This document shows positions 18,376 through 26,190 of a DNA stretch of 64,000 nt, in pieces. Within the stretch, counting starts at the first letter, position 1. Each line of letters opens with the position of its first letter. Made by a program: the position numbers and the translations under genes. This stretch comes from an uncultured Candidatus Binatia bacterium. GTDB lineage: Bacteria; Desulfobacterota; Binatia; UBA9968; JAJDTQ01. The DNA lies in NCBI GenBank assembly GCA_965204205.1, contig OZ241976.1, positions 1,738,755 to 1,802,754 of the forward strand. Reading direction: 5' to 3'. The notes below the pieces were generated by a model. That model had not been told where the DNA came from. It did no database searches and saw only the letters and a list, made by a program, of their open reading frames with translations.

Positions 18376-19371
18376 ATGCACTACCACAACGGACGCAAGC
18401 AGATCGTGGTGCTCGGCGGCGGCAGCGGCGGTATCGTCGCCGCCACCAAGCTCGGCCGGACCCTGGGCGCGGACCACGACATCATCCTCATCGACCGGCG
18501 CGCCGACCATGTCTACATGCCGGCTTTCCTGTTCGTGATGGTGGGGCAGAGACGTCCGGAGGACATCACGCGAAGGCTCAAGCGCCTGGAGAAACGCAAC
18601 ATCCGGGTCCTCCAGGCGGAGATCCTGGGGATCGATCCCGGGCGCCAGCAAGTCATCCTGGAAAGCACCGCCATCCCCTACGACTATCTGATCGTGTCCC
18701 TGGGCCTCGAAGTCAGGCCCGACCTGCTTCCGGGTTTCGCCGAAGGGGCGCATCACCCCTGGGAGATGGACGCGGCCCTGCGCCTCAAGACCACCCTGGA
18801 CAACTTCCGGGAGGGGCGCGTGCTGGTGGGTGTGCCGCAAGGCCCTTACCGCTGCCCGCCGGCGCCATACGAAGCCCAATGGATGCTCGACAGCTACTTC
18901 AAGGAACGCAACATCCGTGACCTGGTGGACCTGCAGTACTTCACCCGGGAGCCCGAACCCGCCGGGGAGGAACACATGCCCTCGGTGTGGATGGACGCCC
19001 AGAGCAAGAAGCGCGACGTCACCATCCATTACGACTTCATCGTGCAGTCCATCGATGCCGAGCGTAAGCGCGTCAAGGGCCTCTACGGCTACGAGCTTTC
19101 CTACGACCTGTTGTTCATGGTGCCGCCGCACCGCCCCTCCCGGGTACTTTACGACTGCGGGCTGGCGGAACGGGAGACCGGCATCCAGGTGGACTACGAC
19201 ACTCTGGAAACCAAGTGGGACAACGTCTACGCCATCGGCGACAATGCCGACATGCCGGCCTCTAAGGCCGGCGGCGTGGCACACCAGGAAGCCGACGTGG
19301 TGGCGGACAACCTGGTGGCGGAAATCACCGGGGAAGGGGAGTTGTCCACACTGCACCTCCACACCATATGA
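18376..19371 (+). CDS. Sulfide:quinone oxidoreductase-like FAD-dependent oxidoreductase. The conventional ORF ends at an in-frame TGA (see feature 19369-19533)
   Basis: N-terminal VVLGGGSGG FAD motif, a CPPAPYE motif resembling the SQR Cys160 region, and a YAIGD second FAD motif. The 331-aa conventional product lacks the C-terminal membrane-anchor region. Confidence 0.85.
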   Translation: MHYHNGRKQIVVLGGGSGGIVAATKLGRTLGADHDIILIDRRADHVYMPAFLFVMVGQRRPEDITRRLKRLEKRNIRVLQAEILGIDPGRQQVILESTAIPYDYLIVSLGLEVRPDLLPGFAEGAHHPWEMDAALRLKTTLDNFREGRVLVGVPQGPYRCPPAPYEAQWMLDSYFKERNIRDLVDLQYFTREPEPAGEEHMPSVWMDAQSKKRDVTIHYDFIVQSIDAERKRVKGLYGYELSYDLLFMVPPHRPSRVLYDCGLAERETGIQVDYDTLETKWDNVYAIGDNADMPASKAGGVAHQEADVVADNLVAEITGEGELSTLHLHTI

Positions 19372-19533
19372 CTGCTCTCATGCGGCGCGGGACGCGCCGC
19401 CGCCAACCGCACCACCTACCCTCAGGGATGGCCGCCCTTCGGCGCCACCGACTCACGGTCCTGGGGCCCGTCCCGCATGATCTACTGGAGCAAGGTCCTG
19501 TTCGAGAAATGGTGGCTCTGGCGTTACTTCTGA
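19369..19533 (+). other. Putative UGA-recoded (selenocysteine?) C-terminal extension of the SQR-like gene
   Basis: The same frame as the SQR remains open for 53 codons after TGA 19369-19371. Its translation is LLSCGAGRAAANRTTYPQGWPPFGATDSRSWGPSRMIYWSKVLFEKWWLWRYF, ending at TGA 19531-19533. The W/K/F-rich amphipathic tail is typical of monotopic SQR anchors. Confidence 0.4.
19382..19400 (+). promoter_or_regulatory. SECIS-like GC hairpin downstream of the in-frame UGA
   Basis: GCGGCGCG-GGA-CGCGCCGC, an 8-bp perfect stem that begins 10 nt after the UGA. Its apical loop is about 19-21 nt after the UGA. Confidence 0.3.
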
Positions 19534-19550
19534 CGCCACTTCTGCGACAC

Positions 19551-19632
19551 GGCCTGTCCTGAGCCCTTCGACAGGCCTGTCCTGAGCTTGTCGAAGGGCT
19601 CAGGCCAGGCGTAACGAAGCGAAGACGAAGGA
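19551..19632. repeat. family-A MITE-like palindromic repeat (CCTGTCCTGAGC...GCTCAGG...GAAGCGAAGACGAAGGAC)
   Basis: Tandem/inverted copies of GTCCTGAGCCCTTCGACAGGC lie between the SQR-tail stop and the PDO start. Seven related copies occur elsewhere in the window. Confidence 0.6.
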
Positions 19633-19634
19633 CC

Positions 19635-20672
19635 ATGATCCTCAGAGAGCTCAACGGCGAGAGTTGCAAAACCTATCTGATAGCAGATGAGGGAAGGGGA
19701 TGCGCCGTCCTGGTGGACCCCCTTCACGCCCACGTGGACCGTTATCTCGCGGTGCTGGCCTACCACCGCCTCGAACTGGACCTCGTCATCGACACGCACA
19801 CACACGCCGATCATCTCAGCGGAGGCCCGCAGTTGCGGTTCCTGGTCGGATCGCGGTTCGCCATGCAGAAATGGGCGCCGAGCCCGGCCGTCGACGTCCA
19901 TCTGGAAGAAGGCGAGGAAGTTCCGATCGGTAACTTGGCATTGCGCGTCCTGCACACGCCGGGACATACCCCAGACGGCATGAGTCTCGTGGTGGAAGGC
20001 AACGTGCTCACCGGCGACACCCTGTTCATCGGCGGCTCCGGCCGCACCGACTTCGCCGGCGGCGATGCCGGCGCCCAGTTCGACGCGGTGACCCGGAAGC
20101 TGTTCACGCTGCCGGACGAGACCATCGTACGGCCGGGGCACGACTACCGCGGCAACACCACCTCTACCATCGGCCAGGAAAAGCGCACCAATCCCCGGCT
20201 TGCGAACCGCACCCGCGAGGAATACATCGACCTCATGAACAACCTCGGACTCTCGCCGCCCCAGAACATCCAGGAGGTCCTCCAGCCCAACCAATCCGCC
20301 CTCGGCACCGGGGATATCAGCTTTCCGGACTGGAGCGAGCTCAAGAAGGTCCGGGAAATCGACGTCCAGGGACTCCATCGAATGCTGGCGTCGGATACGC
20401 AACCGCTGCTGGTGGACGTGCGCGAGCCGGGAGAGTACACGGGCGAACTCGGCCACCTGTCCGGCAGCCTGCTCATTCCGCTACGCGAGCTCGTGAACCG
20501 CCTTGACGAGATCGACGAACACAAGGGTGAACCGGTGGTGACCGTCTGCCGCGCCGGCATGCGCAGCGCCACCGCGGCGGCCATTCTCGAGCGATCCGGC
20601 TTCACCGACGTCTCCAACCTTGCCGGCGGCCTGCTGGCGTGGAACGAAGCCGCGCTGCCGGTGGAACGCTAG
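19635..20672 (+). CDS. Persulfide dioxygenase (ETHE1-type MBL fold) fused to a C-terminal rhodanese domain
   Basis: HxHxDH motif DTHTHADH plus a rhodanese active loop CRAGMRS. Confidence 0.85.
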   Translation: MILRELNGESCKTYLIADEGRGCAVLVDPLHAHVDRYLAVLAYHRLELDLVIDTHTHADHLSGGPQLRFLVGSRFAMQKWAPSPAVDVHLEEGEEVPIGNLALRVLHTPGHTPDGMSLVVEGNVLTGDTLFIGGSGRTDFAGGDAGAQFDAVTRKLFTLPDETIVRPGHDYRGNTTSTIGQEKRTNPRLANRTREEYIDLMNNLGLSPPQNIQEVLQPNQSALGTGDISFPDWSELKKVREIDVQGLHRMLASDTQPLLVDVREPGEYTGELGHLSGSLLIPLRELVNRLDEIDEHKGEPVVTVCRAGMRSATAAAILERSGFTDVSNLAGGLLAWNEAALPVER

Positions 20673-20719
20673 GAATCGGAATCGGACTCCGATCAAAGCC
20701 ACTCGAGATCCCTCCGGTC

Positions 20720-21064
20720 ATGGCAACCAAACCGAACCGCCCGCGCCGCTATCCCGACTGGGAGAACACCTGCAACTACTGCCTGTACCTTCAACCCATG
20801 CCGCGCGGCACAGGCTCGGGAAACTGCACCTACCACCGCCAATGGATCCAGCGAGCCGCCTTCAGCACCTGCAGCGACATGAGCGCCCAGCGGTTGGAAG
20901 AGGGCATCTACACCCTCACCACCAGCGCCTACGGCACCTGGACCTACCACCGCCGCCGCGAACCCGCCCGGACACGGCTGTTTCTCGTACCCGCCCGGCC
21001 AGCCGCCGACACCGAGACCCCCAACACGGAAACCCCGCCGCGCACCAAGAAACGAATGACCTGA
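20720..21064 (+). CDS. Hypothetical small Cys-containing protein (CNYC...C...C). The C-terminus is low-complexity
   Basis: About 85% GC3 across the frame. It is co-directional and lies 48 nt after the PDO-rhodanese gene. It has a weak RBS and a P/T/R-rich tail that overlaps a CA-rich tract. Confidence 0.35.
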   Translation: MATKPNRPRRYPDWENTCNYCLYLQPMPRGTGSGNCTYHRQWIQRAAFSTCSDMSAQRLEEGIYTLTTSAYGTWTYHRRREPARTRLFLVPARPAADTETPNTETPPRTKKRMT

Positions 21065-21220
21065 CTGGGGCCTTAACCCGATTGCGGCGCACCTCTGATC
21101 CGACCTGGCCGGCGAGCCGCCACACCCGCACCCCACAAAGTAGTCCGCAAACCGAGCACCCAAGGGGACCCAACTCCCCAAGACCACGGGAGGGGAGACA
21201 ACACTCCCGAAGCTGCACCC

Positions 21221-21279
21221 ATATTATGTCAGCTTACGCATTGGCCTCTGAAGGCCAGTGCATAAGTTGACATAATATA
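21221..21279. repeat. AT-rich long palindrome (26-bp arms, 7-nt loop)
   Basis: ATATTATGTCAGCTTACGCATTGGCC-tctgaag-GGCCAGTGCATAAGTTGACATAATAT, with 3 mismatches in 26. It lies in a 350-bp gene-free gap whose GC is well below the local average. Confidence 0.55.
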
Positions 21280-21413
21280 CCTTATCAGACATTCGGTTGT
21301 CCTTGGGAATCCCTCGCCCGCGCTTCACGCGAAACTCGGGCGATCCAATCTCCCGGCTCTATAACAGTCTATGTGGGGGATCGACGACGACCGCGCCTAT
21401 CAGGTGTGAACGC

Positions 21414-22109
21414 CTACTGCGTGGCCTGTTCCGATGGTTTCCCCGAGGCGGCTTCAAGCCGTTGCACTCGCAACGCGATTTCGACCGTCTCTCCTTCGGG
21501 AAATTCCTTGAGATATGCCTTGTAACCCTCCGCGGCTTCTTGGATCTTGCCGAGCCGGGTGTTGCAGCGTGCCTTGCCCAGCATGGCTTCTTCCCGCATG
21601 GGTCCCGGTTGTTCGAGCGACCGGGTCAGGGTCGCCACGGCCTCTTCGCACGAGCCGTTCATCTCCTGAGCCAGCCCGAGGGTGACTAGTGCCACCTGGC
21701 CCAGGAAGGCATCCTGACTCGCCGAAACATCGCCTCCGAGAGTCTCCACGGCGTTGGCCGGTTGGCCCAGCGCGAGAAAGCTGTTGGCGATGTAGAGGTT
21801 CGCAAGCGCGTCGTATGGCGCCTCGCCACGCGCCTTGAGGCTTCGGAAGGACTCCAGGGCGGCGTCATAACGGCCGTTCCTATATTCCTCGAGTCCCATG
21901 TTGTACTCCTGGAACGCCAGGTCTCTTTGGTAGCCGCGGTAGTACTGCCAGCCCATGACGGTGGCCGCGACCACCACCACCGCCACGCCAAGGCCGATCA
22001 ACTGCGTCCTGTACGCCTTGAGCAGATCGAGCAACTGGCCGGTCAACACCATGAACCGGTCCGGCTGACGGATGTCCTTTCGAAGAATGCGTTTTCTCGG
22101 CGCGGCCAT
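21414..22109 (-). CDS. Membrane-anchored tetratricopeptide-repeat protein (YfgM-like)
   Basis: Start at MAAPRKRIL with RBS AGGAG. It has a single TM segment followed by TPR-like helices. Confidence 0.75.
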   Translation of the reverse strand: MAAPRKRILRKDIRQPDRFMVLTGQLLDLLKAYRTQLIGLGVAVVVVAATVMGWQYYRGYQRDLAFQEYNMGLEEYRNGRYDAALESFRSLKARGEAPYDALANLYIANSFLALGQPANAVETLGGDVSASQDAFLGQVALVTLGLAQEMNGSCEEAVATLTRSLEQPGPMREEAMLGKARCNTRLGKIQEAAEGYKAYLKEFPEGETVEIALRVQRLEAASGKPSEQATQ

Positions 22110-22132
22110 AGGAGCGAAATCTCCTGATACTC

Positions 22133-22648
22133 CTACATCTTGTACTTGAAGTCGTCCGGCGACATCTTGTCCAGGATCTCGCCCCATTTCTCCTTGGAGA
22201 CGTTGGCGAAGTCCGGGTCCTTCCCCTCTTCCGTCTGCTGCAGCACGCTGGACTGCTCCAGCACCTCCTTGGCGACGTAGATGGGGGTCTTGCTGCGCAG
22301 AGCCATGGCGATGGCATCGCTCGGACGCGAATCCATCGCCACCTCGCGGTCGCCCACGGCCAGCGTAATTACCGCGTAGTAGGTGTTTTCCTTGAGCTCG
22401 GTGATGGCGACCCTCTTCACCGTGCCGCCCAGTTCGGAGAGCACATTCTTGAACAAGTCGTGGGTCATCGGGCGGGCCATCTTGATGCCTTCGATCTCCG
22501 TGGCCATGGCCGTGGCCTCGAGCAGCCCGATCCAGATGGGAAGCTGCAGCTTGTTCTCAGAGTCCTTCAACACCACGATGGGTGTCCGCGTCACCTGGTC
22601 GAGGGTCAACCCGGCCACGGTCATTTCAATAGCGTCAGGACCACTCAT
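22133..22648 (-). CDS. Bifunctional nuclease (BFN/DUF151) domain protein
   Basis: 171 aa with DUF151-family similarity. It overlaps miaB by 4 nt (ATGA). Confidence 0.85.
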   Translation of the reverse strand: MSGPDAIEMTVAGLTLDQVTRTPIVVLKDSENKLQLPIWIGLLEATAMATEIEGIKMARPMTHDLFKNVLSELGGTVKRVAITELKENTYYAVITLAVGDREVAMDSRPSDAIAMALRSKTPIYVAKEVLEQSSVLQQTEEGKDPDFANVSKEKWGEILDKMSPDDFKYKM

Positions 22649-23982
22649 TGCATGGCCTCCCTTGCTCCAAGAGCCTCGCCGACCAGTGAATTCGGCGTGG
22701 CGTCCACGACCCGCACTGTTGCCATCTCCGCCGGCGTGGTGGCTTCGTCGGGCTCGAAATTGACGATCCGGTTGGTGCGGGTCCGGCCCATGAGCTGGTT
22801 TCGACCCAACCGGGACGGCCCTTCCACCAGGATTTCCTGCTCCGCGCCGATCAGATTCCGGTTCTTCCGGAGGGAGATCCGTTTCTGCAACTCCTGCAAT
22901 CTCCGGCAGCGCTCACCCTTTACCTCTTCGGGGACGTCGTCTCGGTACACCTTGGCCGCCACCGTGCGGGGCCGCGGCGAGTACGTGAAGGTGAACATGT
23001 CGTCGTACTCGATCTCGCGGACGGCGGACAGTGTCTCCTCGAACTCCGCCTCGGTCTCGCCCGGGAAGCCCACGATCATGTCCGTCGTGACGGCGACCTC
23101 GGGCCGGCGTCGGCGCAGCGAGCGGATGCGCTCCACGTATTCGTCGAGCCGGTAGCCCCGGCGCATGCGCCCCAACACGGCATCGGAGCCGGACTGGAGC
23201 GGCAGGTGGAGGTGCTCGCAGAGGTTCTCGAGGCGGACGAAAGCATCCACCAGCTCCGGCGAAAGGTCCTGGGGATGAGAGGTGGTGAAGCGGATGCGCT
23301 GGATGCCGGGGATGTCGTTGATCCGTTCCAGCAACTCCGGAAACGACATCTCCCCTTCCACCGTTTGGCCGTAGGAATTGACGTTCTGGCCCAGCAGCAT
23401 CACCTCCTTGATGCCGCGCCGGACCAGCGCCTCCACGTCGCGCACGATGTTGTCGCTGGGCCGGCTCACCTCGCGCCCGCGCACCCGGGGCACGATGCAG
23501 AAGCTGCAAACCTTGTTGCACCCCTGCATAATGGTGACGTAGGCCTTGGCGCCATCGGTCTCGGGAAGCCCGGACGGGTCCTCGAGATAGAACGGGTCGC
23601 GGTAGAAGGCGGTTTCCACCGAGCGCCGCGCCGCCTCCCGGGCTTCCTCCACCATCCGCGGCAGCTTGTGCATGTTGTGGGTGCCGAACACCAAGTCCAG
23701 GTGCGGCGCCCGCCGCAGCAGCGTCTCCCCTTCCTGCTGGGCCACGCACCCGCCCACGCCCAGGATGACGCCCTTCTCTTCCTTGAGCCGGCGCCACCTG
23801 CCGAGCGCGCTGTAGACCTTCTGCTCGGCCTTGTCTCGCACGCTGCAGGTATTCAGGATGATCAGGTCGGCGTCGTCCACGCGATCGGTGGGCTCATAGT
23901 CCGCGGACCTCATGAGCTGCACGATCCGGGCGGAGTCGAGCTGATTCATCTGGCAGCCCCAGGTTTGCACGTAGAGTTTCAT
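22645..23982 (-). CDS. miaB: tRNA-2-methylthio-N6-dimethylallyladenosine synthase MiaB (radical SAM methylthiotransferase)
   Basis: N-terminal MTTase Cys triad (CQMN...C...C), radical-SAM CxxxCxxC (CNKVCSFC) and a C-terminal TRAM domain. Start at MKLYVQTWGC. Confidence 0.9.
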   Translation of the reverse strand: MKLYVQTWGCQMNQLDSARIVQLMRSADYEPTDRVDDADLIILNTCSVRDKAEQKVYSALGRWRRLKEEKGVILGVGGCVAQQEGETLLRRAPHLDLVFGTHNMHKLPRMVEEAREAARRSVETAFYRDPFYLEDPSGLPETDGAKAYVTIMQGCNKVCSFCIVPRVRGREVSRPSDNIVRDVEALVRRGIKEVMLLGQNVNSYGQTVEGEMSFPELLERINDIPGIQRIRFTTSHPQDLSPELVDAFVRLENLCEHLHLPLQSGSDAVLGRMRRGYRLDEYVERIRSLRRRRPEVAVTTDMIVGFPGETEAEFEETLSAVREIEYDDMFTFTYSPRPRTVAAKVYRDDVPEEVKGERCRRLQELQKRISLRKNRNLIGAEQEILVEGPSRLGRNQLMGRTRTNRIVNFEPDEATTPAEMATVRVVDATPNSLVGEALGAREAMQ

Positions 23983-24094
23983 GGCTTCTTCGGCTCGGCG
24001 AACCGACGCACCTACCGTCTGTGCCGTCCGTCGCAACGTGGAGAGAGTATTTCACAGTTCGGGGGGTTTCGCCATCACCCGCCCCCGGTGGGAG

Positions 24095-24754
24095 TCAGCG
24101 GCCGGGATATTCCGAGAGCAGACTGTCGCAGGAAGAGAAATCGGTCAGAGTCCGCAAGCAGGCGAAGGTTTGAAAATCCAGGGAGAGGCCCCGGTCGTGC
24201 CAGCCGAGCAGCGTCGGTTCCGGCTCCTGCCACTGGAACCCAGTGAGCCGGACGCGTTCGGGGAGGTGGACGAGAAAAAACCCCGTGACCGTGGCGCGAT
24301 CGGAGTCGAGCCAGTTGGAGAAGAAACGGAGAGCGCCGAGATCGTAACGGAGGTCCCGCCGAACCGCATGGCCCGCGAGAGCCAGCGCGTCGTTCAAGCC
24401 GCGCCGCTCCCGCGCCCGGACAATCCGCCGGACCGGAGCGTGCCCGGCACCCGGCACCGCCGGAAGCACTCCGGTGGAAACGAGCAGGACCCTGATCCCG
24501 GCCGCCCAGAGCCCCAGCGCCCGGGCCGGACTGAGATCGTGCCCCAACCGGTACCGCGCGTCACCGCCCGTGAGTCCGTGGCAGCGCTCCCGCACCACCG
24601 CGGCGCGGTCCTGTCGCTCGACCCGGTCCTCGGGCAACCACACCCCAGCCCTCCTCCCGCCGCCCCGGGAATCGGTTCCCAACAGCACTTGCAGGCCGTA
24701 CCGCCGGCTGTCCCGCACGCACACCAGAGCGACTCGGTCGGCGCCGTCATTCAT
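24095..24754 (-). CDS. Hypothetical protein with a degenerate NUDIX-like box
   Basis: 219-aa C-terminal portion of the 605-aa ORF-track artefact. The Nudix-like box GVWLPEDRVERQDRAAVVRERCHGLTG lacks the catalytic REx2EE residues. Codon usage is good. Confidence 0.4.
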   Translation of the reverse strand: MNDGADRVALVCVRDSRRYGLQVLLGTDSRGGGRRAGVWLPEDRVERQDRAAVVRERCHGLTGGDARYRLGHDLSPARALGLWAAGIRVLLVSTGVLPAVPGAGHAPVRRIVRARERRGLNDALALAGHAVRRDLRYDLGALRFFSNWLDSDRATVTGFFLVHLPERVRLTGFQWQEPEPTLLGWHDRGLSLDFQTFACLRTLTDFSSCDSLLSEYPGR

Positions 24755-24807
24755 CGGCCGGCGTCCGGGGTCCCCACCCCCCTGAAACCCTGGCGGACGC
24801 CCCGTCG

Positions 24808-26184
24808 TCAGGCCCTCCATATCGGCAGCCACAAGGGTTGGGCCAGCATGAACTCCTTTTGCACGATGCGCGTCAAGGCCTCGCGCAACTGGCCCACGCT
24901 GGTCTCCTCCAGAGTGATCACGAACGGGAGCACTTCGTCGGGCGCGCCGCCGCCCTGCCGTGTTCCAACGAGCGATTCCAACTCCTCCGTGGTGTGTTCC
25001 AGTTGCCATATCTCCGAGACGTTGATCTGTTTCTCGCCGAATACCTGGCAGATCTCCCCAACGATGCCGCTCTGGTCCCGCACCACGAAGCGCACGTAGA
25101 AGGAAGCCCTCAGGTCGTCTTCCGGACATACCGAGCTCACGCCGGAGACAATGCTCTCCACCGGCAGGAACGGATCGTGGCCCGAGCGCGCCACCAACTC
25201 GTGGACGTCGCCGAGGACGGCAACGGCGGTGGCGCCGCCACCCGCCCCCGGACCGGCGAACACGTAGTCCCAGTCGCCCGCGTCCGGCGCTCCGCCGTCG
25301 CTCACCTGGCCCTTGAAGAACACCCCGTTGGTGACCCCGTCGATGCCCGCGATGGGATGGCTTTCGGGCACCACCATGGGCGTCACCATGGCCTCCAGCG
25401 CGCCGTCGATGCTGCGCGCAAGGGCCACGGACTTGATGGTGCCACGGCCTTTGCGGGCGGCGTAGAGGAAGTCGATGGCATGGATACGCTCGATGCCCTT
25501 GCGGTGGATGACCCCCGGCTCGAGGCGCGCGCCGAAGGTGATGGAGGACAGCAACAGGAGCTTGGCCTCGGCGTCGCGGCCGCTCACGTCCGCGTCGGGG
25601 TCGGCCTCGGCGTAGCCCAGGGCCTGGGCCGACTTGAGCGCCTCTTCGTAGGATCTGCCCCGTTGGGACATCTCCGTAAGGATGTAGTTGCAGGTTCCGT
25701 TCAGCAGGCCGTAGACGGCCGCGGGGCGTTCGGCGCTGAGGCTCTGGGTGAGGGGTCCGATGATCGGAATGCCGCCCGCGACGCAGGCCTCGAAACGAAC
25801 CGCCCGGCCGCATTCCCGGGCGGCGGTCCAGATCTCGGCGCCGTGGGCCACCAGCAGCGCCTTGTTGGCGGTGGCCACGGACTTGCCGTGACGAAGCGCG
25901 TCCACCACCCACTCCTTCTGGGTGTGCAAGTCTTCAGCGCCGCCGGCCGCCAGCACCTCCACGACGATGTCGACGTCGGGGTGGCGGGTCACCTCGGCGG
26001 CGTCCGTCGTGAACATCTCCGGCGAAGTCCCGTACCGCGGCTTGCCCTGGGGGTTGCGCGTGAATACCTTGACGACCTCGGCATCGACGCCGAAGCGCGC
26101 CAAGTGGCCGTTGGCGACGAGGTCATGGACCGCACCGCCCACGGTGCCGGCCCCGAGAATGCCGATGTGAACCTTGGATGCCAT
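24808..26184 (-). CDS. hom: Homoserine dehydrogenase
   Basis: 458 aa with NAD-binding GILGAGTVGG, a homoserine dehydrogenase catalytic domain and a C-terminal ACT domain. Confidence 0.9.
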   Translation of the reverse strand: MASKVHIGILGAGTVGGAVHDLVANGHLARFGVDAEVVKVFTRNPQGKPRYGTSPEMFTTDAAEVTRHPDVDIVVEVLAAGGAEDLHTQKEWVVDALRHGKSVATANKALLVAHGAEIWTAARECGRAVRFEACVAGGIPIIGPLTQSLSAERPAAVYGLLNGTCNYILTEMSQRGRSYEEALKSAQALGYAEADPDADVSGRDAEAKLLLLSSITFGARLEPGVIHRKGIERIHAIDFLYAARKGRGTIKSVALARSIDGALEAMVTPMVVPESHPIAGIDGVTNGVFFKGQVSDGGAPDAGDWDYVFAGPGAGGGATAVAVLGDVHELVARSGHDPFLPVESIVSGVSSVCPEDDLRASFYVRFVVRDQSGIVGEICQVFGEKQINVSEIWQLEHTTEELESLVGTRQGGGAPDEVLPFVITLEETSVGQLREALTRIVQKEFMLAQPLWLPIWRA

Positions 26185-26190
26185 GACGCG

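Noticed and set aside
19368-19562. 64-aa ORF in the SQR-PDO gap (MTALMRRGTRRRQPHH...)
   Set aside because: It lies in a different frame from the SQR and is R/H-rich junk. The biologically plausible continuation is the in-frame readthrough tail.
20639-20719. Longer start (MERSRAAGG...) for the small Cys ORF
   Set aside because: It would overlap the PDO-rhodanese gene by 34 nt. The internal ATG at 20720 is preferred, though the whole ORF remains low-confidence.
21065-21413. tRNA, tmRNA or other structured RNA gene in the 350-bp gap
   Set aside because: No cloverleaf, T-loop (GTTCRANYC) or acceptor-stem pattern was found by eye. It is kept only as an anomalous-composition finding.
23983-24094. 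Hairpin CGGGGGG...CCCCCG downstream of the Nudix-like ORF as a terminator
   Set aside because: It has a 6-bp stem with a 16-nt loop and no U-tract, so it is too weak to call.
24095-25912. 605-aa ORF
   Set aside because: Its N-terminal 386 aa are an out-of-frame read through hom (R/G-rich junk). Only the C-terminal 219 aa (24095-24754) are retained, as a tentative CDS.
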